A stretch of DNA of 63,993 nucleotides, counting the filler, from Thelocarpon superellum (lineage: Eukaryota), in NCBI GenBank assembly GCA_026025795.1. It is 6 parts of 6 records of this genome, joined end to end, with 100 filler letters (N's around TTAATTAATTAA, not from the genome) between each part and the next. Parts side by side here need not be neighbours in the genome. Positions count along the whole stretch, not along the records: positions 43,042 to 53,620 come from JAPEUG010000523.1; positions 53,721 to 63,993 come from JAPEUG010000533.1; 4 more parts are not named here. One strand, 5' to 3'. This document shows, one piece after another, positions 46,675 through 59,119 of this stretch. Position numbers and translations under genes: made by a program. Below the pieces are notes generated by a model. It made no database searches and had not been told where the DNA came from. It worked only from the letters and a program-made list of their open reading frames with translations. The stretch's first letter is position 1. Each line of letters begins with the position of its first letter.

Positions 46675-49600
46675 ATGACCTTGTCTCGTCAACGGTCCTT
46701 CTCTGCACGCTCGACTATCTTCGACAACCAGCCAAGGACTGGTCGTTCGCCGTCACCTGCCGTGGCCCACCCTGGACCCCCGCCGCTGGAGCCGGACGAG
46801 CAGACAGGAGACAACACGACCGATCTCAACCGCCGCCGCTCCTCGCTCCTCCTAACGCCAACCCATGCCACGACCACCGGCTACCCAACCATCACCGGAC
46901 CAGGCCCTACCACCGCGCAGCCGCACACTCCACGCACCCTTCGGCCAAGGGCGCACACGTCGGTTGAGGCGAACCTTGCTCAGCTCGGAGGCCTTCCACC
47001 CCCATCCCACTCCGACGCGGCTGGGCAACTGCAGGTGCCATATCAGCCCGGCCGGCGGACTGGTCGTGCCAACCCAACCATGGACCCGAACCGGCAGTAT
47101 GTGCCCCTGCCGCCGCCACCCCCGCCCCCTTTGTCACCTGCCGTGCATCAAGCCCACATGATGCCACTCCCACCTCCGCCGCCGCGGCCACCGCCCAACG
47201 TGCCCAGTGTCATGCTTCCCCCGCCGCCGGGACCGCCGCCCGGCGCGCCGCAGCCGCTGAGTACCTGGCAGTCCACGCGGGGACGGTTGAAGGATCGGGA
47301 GCGACCGACGGCGCTGCACCTCCCGCCGCCGCCACCGCCACCATCGAAACATCCGGCCTATAATCCGGGGCAAATCTACCAACCGCAGATGCCCCCCCCG
47401 CTCCTGATCCCACCGCCGCCGCCGCTGAACGAGTCGCAGCCCTTGACCTCGGCTACGTACATCCCCCACGGCGAATCTTTTGGCCCCGGTGTGGGCATTC
47501 CGCCGCTACACTCGAACGATCGAAGTGCGTCGGATCACCAGTCGAGTATGGGTCATGGCGACGAGTCGGATCTCCTAGATAGCCCGAGCGCGGCGCCGGC
47601 GCCCCTGTACGGCGGCAAGACGGGGGGGAACACGTCGTCGGAGAACGCACGGCAGTACTACCTCAATCCCTACCCTCGCGACTCGCAAGACAACGTCCCG
47701 CCCAGTCCGTCCGTAACGACGTCGATACTGCATGACAAGGGCAATCAACATCTCCCTATGGAATCGCCCAGTCGCGTGACATATCCCTGGTCGCTAGATC
47801 GCGTACTGGCCTGGCTCGCGGCCAACTCTTTTTCCCGCGATTGGCAAGAGACCTTTCGCACGCTCAACGTGCAAGGCAACGACTTCCTCGACCTCGGCCG
47901 CGGCCATGGGGGTCGCGGCAACTTCGGCATGATGCACCAGCTCATCTATCCGCGTCTGAACAAGGAGTGCACCTTGAGCGGAACCGGGTGGGACCAAGTA
48001 CGGGAGCGGGAAGAAGGGAAACGCATGCGCCGGCTGATTCGCCACATCGCCGACGGGGACGGCAACGATCTGGCCAAACTCGGCCCCGCCCGATCGGGGG
48101 ATGGCGCCGACGGCTCCCCGAACGATACGCCTCAAGATCTCAGTGTCAACACTCCCAGCACGGCCGGCGGGGAAGACAGTCCCGGTCGACAGATGCCCTT
48201 GAAGATCGCCGGGTCCGCACTGGGATCGCGGCGGATGTCGACTCAGCGGAGTGCGACGGTACCATTGGGCGCCAGTCCCGGAGCCACGCCAGGCGAGACC
48301 CCGGGATCTGACGGGGTACTGACGCCGCAAGGTCGAAGTGGCTTCGCGCGCTCCATCCTCAACGGTATCGGGGACGGCTCCAACGCCAAGCGACACAGTC
48401 CGAGCACCTCGGCCGACGCAAACGCCGGTGCCGGGACCTATTTTGCGGGAGCGACCTTTCGCGGCGAGGGAAGCCCGCAGAGTGGTAGCCCTGGCGTCAA
48501 TCATGTGCCGCTCTCGGCATCGACGGTCAACAGCAACCCGGCCACATCACCGTACGGATTCGGACAACGATTTGGGCACCACAAGAGTAACAGCACCGAC
48601 TCCATGGCCTCGAGTCCCGGACACAAAGCCAGCGGCGGAAGCGCTAACCCGGAAAGTCGTCGAAACGCCCAAGACAGCGCGCGGCCATCACCGTTGGACC
48701 CGGCCCGCTTCCACGGAAGCAGCGATGGCCATGGGAAAGAGCACAATCGCGGCATCCTCAGCAAGTTCCGGCGGCGCGGCAAGAAGGATGACGGCGGCCA
48801 CCCATCGCCGGAAGACCACGCACTCGAATCGCCGACGAGTCCGGTAACGATGCGACACCCTATCGCTCCTCCCGGCGGTACGCCTCCATTTGCCCGGCCC
48901 AGCTTGAACTCGAGCGATCCGACGCTCGACCGGCCGTCGTCCGCCTCTGCCATGTTGGAGCAGGACCGCTGGCCTGGAGGCACGCGCGGCCGATGGTCGG
49001 CGCGGAACAGCCCGGGTCGACGCTTCGTGCTGGCGACGCCGGACGGATGGAACTACCGGTTGGTCGACATCACGGACGTCGACTCGGCGGACGAGCTCCG
49101 CAGCCTCATCAGCCTCAACCTCGGCGCGTCCGAGGGTGATGTTGCGCAGCTCTATCTGACCGAGCCCGGGCAGACCGAGCACGAGGAGCCGCTGACGGAT
49201 GCTTTGTTGGTGCATGCGCGGCAGACCAAAGCCGACGCGCGAGCCAGCCTTAAGCTCTTTGCCCGCGCTCCGTCCATCTCTTCGGCCTCGCTCTCGGTTC
49301 CCAACTCGGCCAACTTGTGGGGCTTTCCCCAGAAGCTCCTGCAGTCGCCACCGGTGGGGGCGCTCTCACCCACGCGGTTACCGGATGAAGGGGCCTACGC
49401 GCGGCTCGTGGCGCAAGCGCAGCAGCGGGTTCCGGGGCCACTGGAAAGCGGACTGGGTTTGTCGACGCCACGCATCCCCGAGGGCGCACCCAGCCCGGAT
49501 TCGTCCGTGTCGCGGAACGGGGCGTCGGAAATGGAGGCGAATGGAAGCAATCGTGGGCCAAAGGTGACTGAGCTGGGGCAGGCGGCCGAGGAGCATCGTC

Positions 49601-52025
49601 GGGAGATTGAGAAGAAGCAAAGGGCCTACCTTGCTCAAAAGCAACAGCAGCTAAAGCGTGGCTCTCCAGTGGACGGTGCGACCAACTTTGGCATCAAGCG
49701 GGATGGCGTGATCGATTTCGATGTGCCCCGGAATTCGCCATTTGAGGAAAAGAAAGCCGAGAGCTGGGTGCCGCAGCGGAAGCCTCCACGACCGCCGTCC
49801 GAGTCCAACACCTTGATCAAAGCCAACTCGCTGAGCCGAAGCGCCAAAGGCCACAGTGCGCGGTCGTCCCTGGCGAGCCTGTATGATGACGGCGAGAGCA
49901 AGAGTGGCGCAGGACGGGTGCCGACCACGGAACATCCGGCCCCGGTCAAGCCCCGTCCGGAAGCTATAAGCGGGTTGGACAGCGCGGCCCCACGGGCCTT
50001 ACCGTCGCGCCGCTCATACGGGCCGGACTTTGACTTCCAAGACAACAACGTCACCTTCTCCAAGACGCCCGGCGGCGTTGGCTCCGCTGCTGATAATTCC
50101 GAGGACTCGGACGACGGCCTCTTTGCCCTCCCACTATCGATGCGGCAGACAAAGCGCTCGCTTCGGGTGGCATCGCGTCGGGAGTCCAAGGGGGACGAGG
50201 GCGACTCCGACGGCCGCCAGGGGCGGCCGGCGCTGACGGTCAACACGCGATCGCGGGCGAAGAAGGGGTTATCCGTGTCGTTTAAATCGCCCAACGTCTC
50301 TGGGACCAGCGTCAGCAGCTCATCGCCGCAGGGAGCCGGCACGGACGCACGCGACGAAGACGACATGGGTCGTCACGACCGTGCCGGACCAGACTCGGCC
50401 GCCTCGGCAACGTGGTCGGCCAAGTCGCAGGACGACGCGGCGAAACTGCTACGTCGGGCGTCCTTTGCCGACAAGGACGTGTGGGCCAATCGACCACCGG
50501 CCGAGGTGCTGATTGATCGGCTCGACGACTTCTTCCCCAACGTCGACCTCGATCAGCCCTTGCCGCTGGAGGAGGCCGGTTCCGGGGCCTCCCCAACGTC
50601 GCCGACCCCAGAACGTCCTAATTTCGACTCGGATGGGACGCTATCCATGTCGTCCAACTACACCCCTTCCGGGAGCAGTGGATGGAGCAACATGACGCCG
50701 GAGACGGACGACTTCGATGCTCTGGGCTCGGAGAGTTCGACACCGCGCCGATCCGTGCCACCGCCGGTCAAGACGGTGGCGGAACGCAACGTTGGACGAT
50801 CGAGCGGGCTGGGTCGGATGAAGTCGATTCGTGAGGTGGCCAAAGGCGCGCAAGAGGCGAATCGGAAACGTATCTCGACGTTGCCGCCGCCGGGGAAGAC
50901 GACGACGGATCTTCAGCGGCGCAAGAGCACGAAGATGTTTGGGGCCAACATCGTGCAGATCAAGCCGGGCACGCGTGTCAACCGGCCCAGTCGGCTGGTG
51001 GAAACGTCGCAGAGTCAGGTGCCGAAGCGTCAAGGTGAGTGGCGTGTCCGGTGGTGTGCCACGTGTACTGATGTGCGGCATAGCGACTTTCAAATGGATT
51101 CGGGGTGAGCTCATCGGCAAAGGCACGTACGGCCGCGTGTACCTGGGCTTCAACCCGACGACGGGCGAGTTCTTAGCGGTCAAGCAGGTGGAAGTCAACC
51201 GCGCCGCCGCGGGACAGGACACGGAGAAGATGAAGGAGATGGTGTCGGCGTTGGACCAAGAGATCGACACGATGCAGCATCTGGACCACGAGAACATTGT
51301 GCAGTACCTGGGGTGCGAGCGCGAAAAGTACTCCATCAGCATCTTCCTCGAGTATATTGCCGGCGGCTCGGTGGGCAGCTGTCTCCGCAAACACGGCAAG
51401 TTTGAAGAGAGCGTGGTTAGCTCGCTCACGCGGCAGACGTTGGCCGGACTCGCCTACCTCCACCGCGAGGGCATCCTGCACCGGGATCTCAAGGCGGACA
51501 ACATCCTGCTCGACGTGGACGGGACGTGTAAGATCTCGGACTTTGGCATCTCGAAGAAGACGGACAACATCTACGGCAACGACGTGACCAACTCGATGCA
51601 AGGCTCCGTCTTCTGGATGGCGCCGGAGGTGATTCAGTCGCAGGGCCAGGGCTACAGCGCCAAGGTGGATGTCTGGTCGCTGGGCTGTGTGGTCTTGGAG
51701 ATGTTCGCGGGCCGGCGTCCGTGGTCGAAGGAGGAGGCAGTGGGTGCCATATACAAGCTGGGCAGTCTCCAAGCCCCTCCGATTCCCGAAGACGTGTCGT
51801 CTACCGTCAGCCCGGAGGCGATTGGCTTCATGTGTGACTGCCATACGATGTGAGTGACGCGGAGATTTCCGGATGTGCCTGAGCCTGGACGAGCTGACTG
51901 GATGCAGTAAACCTTCGGAACGACCAACGGCAGAGACGTTGTTGAACCACCATCCGTTCTGTGCCTTTGATGAGTCTTATGACTTCAAGGACACGGAGTT
52001 GTATGCCAAGATCAAGCCGCGATGA
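46675..52025 (+). CDS. BCK1: MAP kinase kinase kinase Bck1/Mkh1 (cell-wall integrity); start at 46675 or 47080
   Basis: SATYIPHGESFGPGVGIPP; SAM-like WSLDRVLAWL; WANRPPAEVLIDRLDDFFPNVDLD; RRKSTKMFGAN; kinase GELIGKGTYGRVY, HRDLKADN, DFG, SMQGSVFWMAPE; introns about 51035-51083 and 51850-51907. Confidence 0.96.
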
Positions 52026-52411
52026 GGAGCGAGGCGTTGCGCATGACTGAGCGATGATGTGATGAGTCGAACTTTGATGAATGGCTGTATCTAGCTGAAC
52101 GTAGCTCTATGTAGATGTATGACCGGATGATCAAGAACGAAGGGGAGTGGTGTTATTCGAGTACCCTGCTGCCCTCTCCTTTGGTCGAGGTGGGGTACGA
52201 AGAGGTGGTCCTATACTCGTCCCACGGGGAGAACTCCGGAGGTCGATCGGATTGGCCCCCGGGCCCTCGCATCCCCTGCATCCTGCTTAGGTCATGCCCC
52301 ACTAGTGTCAAACGAGTTCGAGAAATCCGAAGCGCGTTGATCGATCATCACGACCAACCGGACCTGACCCTTCATGACCCCGTGCGTTCTCCTCTCCGCC
52401 CGGCAGTCAAG

Positions 52412-53540
52412 ATGAGCGATCCATTCGACTACGCTCCCGAGCGACCGGAACATATTGAGAACATCCTCAATGGTCTGGACCGATATAACCCCGAGACGAC
52501 CGGCGTGTTCCAAGACTACGTCCAACAGCAATGTGAAGACCGGACCTATGACTGCTATGCCAATCTTGCCTTGCTGAAGCTGTGAGTAGTGGCTTTCTCC
52601 CACTGGTGGCCCAGACGGCCCTCCAGGAAAGACCTCTATGATGATAGAAGATTTACGTTTCCTATTACCTGATCTCAACCTCTGTCATGAGAGGCTTGAT
52701 CTTGATGCAACGATATTAGCTCTAGCTGAAGACACCGGTCCACTGCTTCTATCTTACAATCGATCAAGGCTGAAATGGCTGGAGCTCGCTGACGTGACGC
52801 TCGATCCCAGTTACCAGTTCAACCCGCACCTCGCGCGCGATGAAACCATCACCAACATCCTCGTCAAATCCCTGACCGTCTTCCCGGCGCCCGATTTCTC
52901 CTTGGCCCTGCACCTCCTCCCACCGCACACGCTGTCGACCGCGTCGACGACGGCCCACGCCACACCGGCGGCCGGCGACGCACCGCTCTCCGAGGCGGTG
53001 CAGAAGCTCTCGGCGCTGAACACGCTCCTGGCCAACGCGGCATACGCGTCTTTCTGGACGACGCTGGACGGCGACGACCTGTACGCGGACCTTGTGGCCG
53101 ACGTGGCGGGGTTTGAGGAGCTGATGCGCGTGCGGATCGCGGTGTGTGTGGGCCAAGCGGTGCGAGAGATTGAGAAGAGCGTGCTGGAGAGCTGGTTGAA
53201 TCTGCACGGGGCCGAGTTCGACCGCTTCGTCGGCGAGGTCTGTGGCTGGAAGATTGACGGCGAGGCCAAGGGCATGGTGACGGTGCCGCTCAATAAGGAG
53301 AACGAGGCCAAGGGGACCGTCGTGCGGGAGAACGTCAAATTCGACCGTAAGTTATACTTTCCTCGCAGCGTTCGATGCACCTTTGACTTCTCGCTGCGCT
53401 TGAAGCACTTTTCTTTCCGCAGAGACTTATCAGGCATCGTGATTGGTCGCGAGTAAGGAACAAACAGGGAGAAAGCTAACGCGGCACGGGGATCAGAATT
53501 TGCGAGAATGGTTCATAGAGCTTACGAGCAACCTGCTTGA
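52412..53540 (+). CDS. Translation initiation factor eIF3 subunit K (3 exons)
   Basis: [12 protein letters not shown]...[53 protein letters not shown]; introns 52582-52810 and 53347-53496. Confidence 0.93.
52635..52732 (+). ncRNA. Intronic box C/D snoRNA (U45/SNORD45-like D guide)
   Basis: Box C ATGATGA 52638-52644; D' CTGA 52669-52672; C'-like TTGATG about 52702; box D CTGA 52726-52729; TCT/AGA terminal stem; guide TATTAGCTCTAG is complementary to conserved 18S CTAGAGCTAATA. Confidence 0.85.
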
Positions 53541-53620
53541 TTCTTTCCACTTCCACGCCCCTCCTCCCTCTCCATCGTCATGACTTCTTTACGTCCACAA
53601 TCCCACACGATTAGATCCGA

Positions 53621-53720
53621 NNNNNNNNNNNNNNNNNNNNNNNNNNNNNNNNNNNNNNNNNNNNTTAATTAATTAANNNNNNNNNNNNNNNNNNNNNNNN
53701 NNNNNNNNNNNNNNNNNNNN
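53621..53720. other. Artificial contig-joining spacer
   Basis: Identical N44-TTAATTAATTAA-N44. Confidence 0.97.
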
Positions 53721-53766
53721 ATTGGTCAACTTTGACGTCATTTCTGCCGGCTCCCCGGACAGCACG

Positions 53767-56700
53767 ATGACCGTCGCCACGCCCACGACCCAGAAACGGG
53801 TCCTTGGAGACGCCACCGACGCCCACCGGAACATTGCCAGATCCCCCGCCTCCATCAAGAAGCGGAAGCTCGACTCCTCCCCCGCCAGCCGCTTGCACTC
53901 TTCCCAGTCCGGGCGCAACGGGAAGCTTGGTTCCAGCCAAGTCAAAAGCCAATTCGAAGAGAACTTGGAGAAGTTGACGCAGGACATCACCGGCTTGAAG
54001 GAGAATAACTCGGAGAAAGACCAGCAGTGGGCCCGGCCCAACCTCGACGACTTTGAACCCCGGCGCGATAGCCTCTGCTTCCAGCAGATCGAAGTCGAAG
54101 AGGGCAACCTTTCATATGGAAAGACAGCCATCAAACTTTTCGGTGTCACCGAGACCGGCCATTCCGTCCTCCTGCACGTCACCGATTTCCTCCACTACCT
54201 CTACGTCGGCGCCCCGACCAACTTCACCCCCGGGGACTGCGATGGCTTCCGCAAATATCTCGAGACCCAACTCGCACAACACCAACCTGTTCTCAACTCC
54301 GTGCAGATGGTCATGCGGGAGAATCTGTTTGGATTTCAGGGGAATGAACGCCACCCCTATCTGAAGCTGACCGTCAACGACCCCAAGTCCATCAACAAGC
54401 TGAGGTCTTTGATTGAGAACGGTGGCGCGAATTGGAAAGGTCTCTGGAAAGGGGTGGATGGCGGCCTCCTGACCTTTGACAGCCTCCAATATGTCTTACG
54501 ATTCATGGTCGACACGAAGGTGAGTTCGACGCGATCGAGATCAGAACGTCGCTGACCCACGCCCAGATTGCCGGCATGTCGTGGGTGGAAGTGCCGGCGG
54601 GGAAGTATCAGATGTTGCCCTCCAAGGAGCGGCACTCCAACTGCCAGATCGAGGCTTCGGTCCATTATCGGGACCTGATCGCCCACCCGTCCGACGGCGA
54701 GTGGGCCAAGATGGCGCCCCTGCGCATCCTCTCCTTTGACATCGAGTGCGCCGGGCGGAAAGGCATCTTCCCCGAGGCGCAGCAAGACCCCGTCATCCAG
54801 ATCGCCAACGTCGTCACCCGCTACGGCGAGTCCAAACCCTTCGTCCGCAACGTCTTCTGCCTCGACACCTGCAGCTTGATCGTCAACACCCAGATCTTCG
54901 AGTTCGATGCCGAGGAGAAGATGCTCATGGCCTGGCGCGACTTCCTCGAAGAGGTCGATCCCGACGTCATCATCGGCTACAACATCGCCAACTTCGACTT
55001 CCCCTATCTCTTGGACCGCGCCCGATACCTCAAGTGCAACCGCTTCCCCTACTGGACCCGGCTCAAGAGCGTGCAGTCGCAGGCCAAGGAAACCAACTTC
55101 TCGAGCAAACAGATGGGCAATCGCGACACCAAGGCCACCAACACTAATGGCCGCCTCCAGCTGGACCTGCTGCAGCTGGTACAGCGCGACCATCAGCTCC
55201 GCAGCTACACCCTCAACTCCGTGTGCGCCCAATTCTTGGGCGAGCAGAAGGAGGACGTGCACCACACCATGATCACCGAGCTGTTCAACGGCACACCGGA
55301 GTCGCGGCGGCGACTGGCCGTGTACTGCCTTAAGGACGCTTACCTGCCGCAACGGCTGATGGACAAGTTGATGTGCTTGGTCAACTACACGGAGATGGCG
55401 CGTGTGACCGGCGTGCCCTTCAACTATCTCCTCGCCCGGGGACAGCAGGTGAAGTTCATCAGCCAGCTGTTCCGCAAGGCCCAGGAGGAACATCTCGTCA
55501 TCCCCAATCTCCGGACCGACTCGTCCGATGAGCAGTACGAGGGCGCCACCGTCATCGAGCCGACGCGGGGCTATTATGACGTGCCCATTGCCACGCTCGA
55601 TTTCGCCTCACTTTATCCCAGTATCATCCAAGCGCACAATCTCTGCTACACCACGTTGCTGCAGGACAAGCGGATGGTGGAGAAGCTGCAGATGCAGAGG
55701 GACGAGGACTACATCGTCACGCCCAACGGCGACATGTTTTGCACGGCCAAGATCCGGAAGGGTCTCTTGTCCACGATCTTGGAGGAATTGTTGACGGCAC
55801 GGAAGCGCGCCAAGAAGGAGCTGGCCACGGAGACGGATCCATTCAAGAAGGCGGTGCTCAACGGGCGACAGCTGGCGCTGAAGATCAGCGCCAACAGTGT
55901 GTATGGTATCACGGGCGCAACGGTAGGGAAGCTCCCGTGCTTGGCCATCGCCAGCAGCACGACGAGCTACGGGCGACAGATGATCGAAAAGACCAAGGAG
56001 GAGGTGGAGAAGCGGTACACGATCGCGAACGGCTACTCGCACGATGCCCAGGTCATCTACGGCGACACGGACTCGGTCATGGTGAAGTTTGGCACGAAAG
56101 ACCTGGCGGCGGCCATGGCCCTTGGCCAAGAGGCGGCCACCCACGTGTCGGCGCAGTTCATCAAGCCGATCAAGCTCGAGTTCGAGAAGGTCTACTTCCC
56201 GTACCTGCTCATCAACAAGAAGCGCTACGCCGGGCTCTACTGGACCAACACGGACAAATACGACAAGATGGACAGTAAGGGCATCGAGACGGTGCGGCGC
56301 GACAACTGTCGGCTGGTGCAGACCGTCATCGAAACGGTGCTGCGAAAGATTCTGATCGACCAAGATGTGCAAGGGGCGCAAGAGTAAAACTTTCGCCGTC
56401 GTCGATGATGAAGTTGTGGATGCTGACGCATTGGTGACCAGGTACGTCAAGGACACCATCTCGGATCTCCTGCAGAACAAGGTCGACATGTCGAAGCTCG
56501 TCATCACCAAGGCGCTGTCCAAGAGTGACTACACCGCCAAGCAAGCGCACGTGGAGCTGGCAGAGCGGATGAAGAAACGCGATGCCGGATCGGCGCCGAC
56601 GCTGGGTGACCGGGTGGCGTATGTGATCGTCAAGGGGGCGGGCGGGGCGAAGAATTACGAGCGGTCGGAGGATCCGCTCTTCGTGTTGGAGAACAACGTG

Positions 56701-57180
56701 CCAATCGACACGAAATACTACCTCGATAACCAGCTGGCCAAGCCGCTGGGTCGCATCTTTGACCCTATCTTGGGCGAGAAGAAGGCGGGCCAGCTCTTGA
56801 CGGGCGAGCACACGCGCTCCATCACCGTGGCCGCCCCGAGCGTCGGCGGCCTGATGAAGTTCGCCAAGAAGACGCAGACGTGCATGGGGTGCAAGAAGCC
56901 GCTGGCGGGCAAGGCGGAGAGCACGGGCGCCGTGTGCGAGGACTGCGCACCGCGGGTCGGCGAGCTCTACCAGAAGACGCTGCACAAGGTGTCCGACCTG
57001 GAGATCCGCTTCGGCCGGCTGTGGACGCAGTGTCAGCGGTGTCAGGGCAGTCTGCATTGCGAGGTCATCTGCAGCAGCAAGGACTGCCCCATCTTCTACA
57101 TGCGCATGAAGGCCAAGAAGGACGTGGAGGATGCGGGCCGAGAGTTGACCCGGTTCGATCATGATGCCGCGGCATGGTAA
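53767..57180 (+). CDS. POL3: DNA polymerase delta catalytic subunit
   Basis: Exonuclease [34 protein letters not shown]-terminal CysA/CysB (CMGC..CEDC; CQRC..C..C); introns 54520-54566 and 56384-56441. Confidence 0.98.
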
Positions 57181-57604
57181 CGACGGCTGTCGCTCATGAT
57201 GACACGAAGTGGGCGAACGCTAAGCCTCGGGTGGTGATGGCGATATCCTTAGACCCTACCTCCATTCATGACGTAAATGGAATGTAATTGGACGAGTTCT
57301 GTATCCTCGACCCTTCAGCATCCAACAGCGAGACTCCCGACTCTATCGAAACCATCCGGGCCGTGACCTGAGAATCCACAGCTGATTCCCGGATTCGGTT
57401 AGTGAGTCGCTGCTATGCGGAGCACCGAGAAGCGGGAAATCTTGGCGAATCCACCGTGAGAAAGTTCGAGACCCGCGCCAAAATTATCGCTGTCCTCCCC
57501 GCTCACCGACTCTCTGTATCTTCTTCGACAGCTTCTTTTGCTCTGCAAGTTCTCACGTTTGAAGTTGGGCATTCTCATTCCACACACCCGCACTCGCTGC
57601 CAAC

Positions 57605-58715
57605 ATGGTGACGGCGGAAGAGCGGGCCGCGAAGCGCGCAAAGCCCTGGAAGGGCGGGAAGAAGGGCGGACCTGAGCCTGCTCGACATATCCCATGGCCC
57701 GAGGTATGGTCGAGGTTCTGCAGCCGCGCAATAGATTCACTGACCCGAGGGCATCACGCTAGATCTTCAAGCACCACATGTCCGTCGTCGAAGGCCATGA
57801 GCGTATGCTGGAGATGGTGCAGAAACATACGGTGCCCAATTCGAACAACTGGATCACCATCACCACCATGGTCGAACGATCCAAGGAGATGATCAGTCAA
57901 CATAAATCCGTCATGCGGAGCTTTGTACGTGACTCGTCCCTTATCCATGCTCTCCACCTAGTCGCTCATTACATGATGTGTAGGTTCCTCGGACCGACAC
58001 CTTTTCCACCGTCCCGCTCGGATCGTCCTCGGCCTCCATGTACCCCGGATACTCCCCCGCCGATCATGAATACGGCGAGGCCTCGATGGAGGCCGGCGCG
58101 GCCATTTCCGAAGCAAAGAAGCGCGGGATCGACGTCCTGAAGGATCCCAGCCTTCCCACCTACCAGATCGGCCAGGCCCACGGGGCCAAACGACAGATGA
58201 TGTTCCAGCACCGCGACAAGCCCGCCAACGGCCCATCCAATGGCACCAGCCAGCCCGAGGGCGAGTCCCGCAACGCCAAGGCTCCGCAGGAAGCGGCCCC
58301 TGCAGACGGCGACAATCCGTACTTTGTCATCGATACGCACCCCACACCCGTCGATGCAACCAGCGCAAGCCAACCGACGAAGAAGCGAGGATCGGCCGAT
58401 CAGTCCACCCCAGAGGCCCGTGGTGGGAAAAAGGTCAAGAAGGCCAAGACAGAGGCCGCAGCCGCGATCCAGCCCCAAGTGGAATTCGAAGACATCTCGG
58501 CCGAAGTGGACGCCCGATTGAAGGCCAAGGAAGAGAAGCGGAGACGGAAGGAAGAGAAGAAGCGGAAGCGGGAATCCGGCGACTCGGCCATGGACGTCGA
58601 CGTGGAGACAAAGGACGAGAACAGAGCAGAGGTGGAGGTGGAGAAGCCGACGAAGAAGAAATTGAAGAAGAAGCCTAAGAGGGAAAAGGAGGGGACGGTC
58701 AATGAGGGACATTGA
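57605..58715 (+). CDS. Hypothetical Lys/Glu-rich protein (3 exons), possibly nuclear/nucleolar
   Basis: Introns 57704-57762 and 57925-57983 join three ORFs in frame; NPYFVIDTHPTPV and EDISAEVDARLKAKEEKRRRKEEKKRKRES segments. Confidence 0.7.
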
Positions 58716-58992
58716 ACGCTTGCTACAAGTGGAACGGGGGCAGTCTAGGGATCGAGCTGTACATTGCGATCAAAGACTTTCGAGCTTAGAAGAGCAAGGA
58801 TATCAAACGAATGAACTCTCTGCCCGAACTGAAATCGTCAAGTAAATCCGCACCCAGTACCTGAGGCAATCGATACCGTAGACCTCAATCAATCTATCTC
58901 GATATAAGAGCGAGAATTGCAGAGAGCATTATAAAGACCAGGAGGAATTTCAACTAGAATATATTGGTTTTAAAGCGCTTTCTCTAGCCGAA

Positions 58993-59098
58993 GTCAGGAT
59001 GCCAGAGTGGTTAATGGGTATGACTCGAATCATTTCTACGCAAATGCCTTCGTTATCATATGGCTTCGGCCGCGTAGGTTCAAATCCTACTTCTGACG
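58993..59098 (+). tRNA. tRNA-Ser(CGA) with 25-nt intron (59030-59054)
   Basis: Acceptor stem GTCAGGA/TTCTGAC; D loop AGTGGTTAA; anticodon stem TATGA/TCATA with CGA at 59026-59028; long variable arm GGCTTCGGCC; T loop GGTTCAAATCC. Confidence 0.95.
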
Positions 59099-59109
59099 GC
59101 TTCTTTGCC

Positions 59110-59119
59110 TTTTTTTTTT
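59110..59119 (+). terminator. Pol III oligo-T terminator of tRNA-Ser
   Basis: T run about 12 nt after the tRNA. Confidence 0.75.

Noticed and set aside
53347..53496. Possible H/ACA snoRNA in the 150-nt eIF3k intron 2 (CGCAGCG/CGCTGCG hairpin, ACA near the 3' end)
   Set aside because: No ANANNA H box at the hinge and the second hairpin is weak; not supportable by eye.
54357..57162. Long antisense ORFs over POL3 (likewise 28995-30074, 15626-16740, 43759-44673 and 34127-35053 over other genes)
   Set aside because: Shadow frames expected from GC-rich codon usage; no recognisable motifs.
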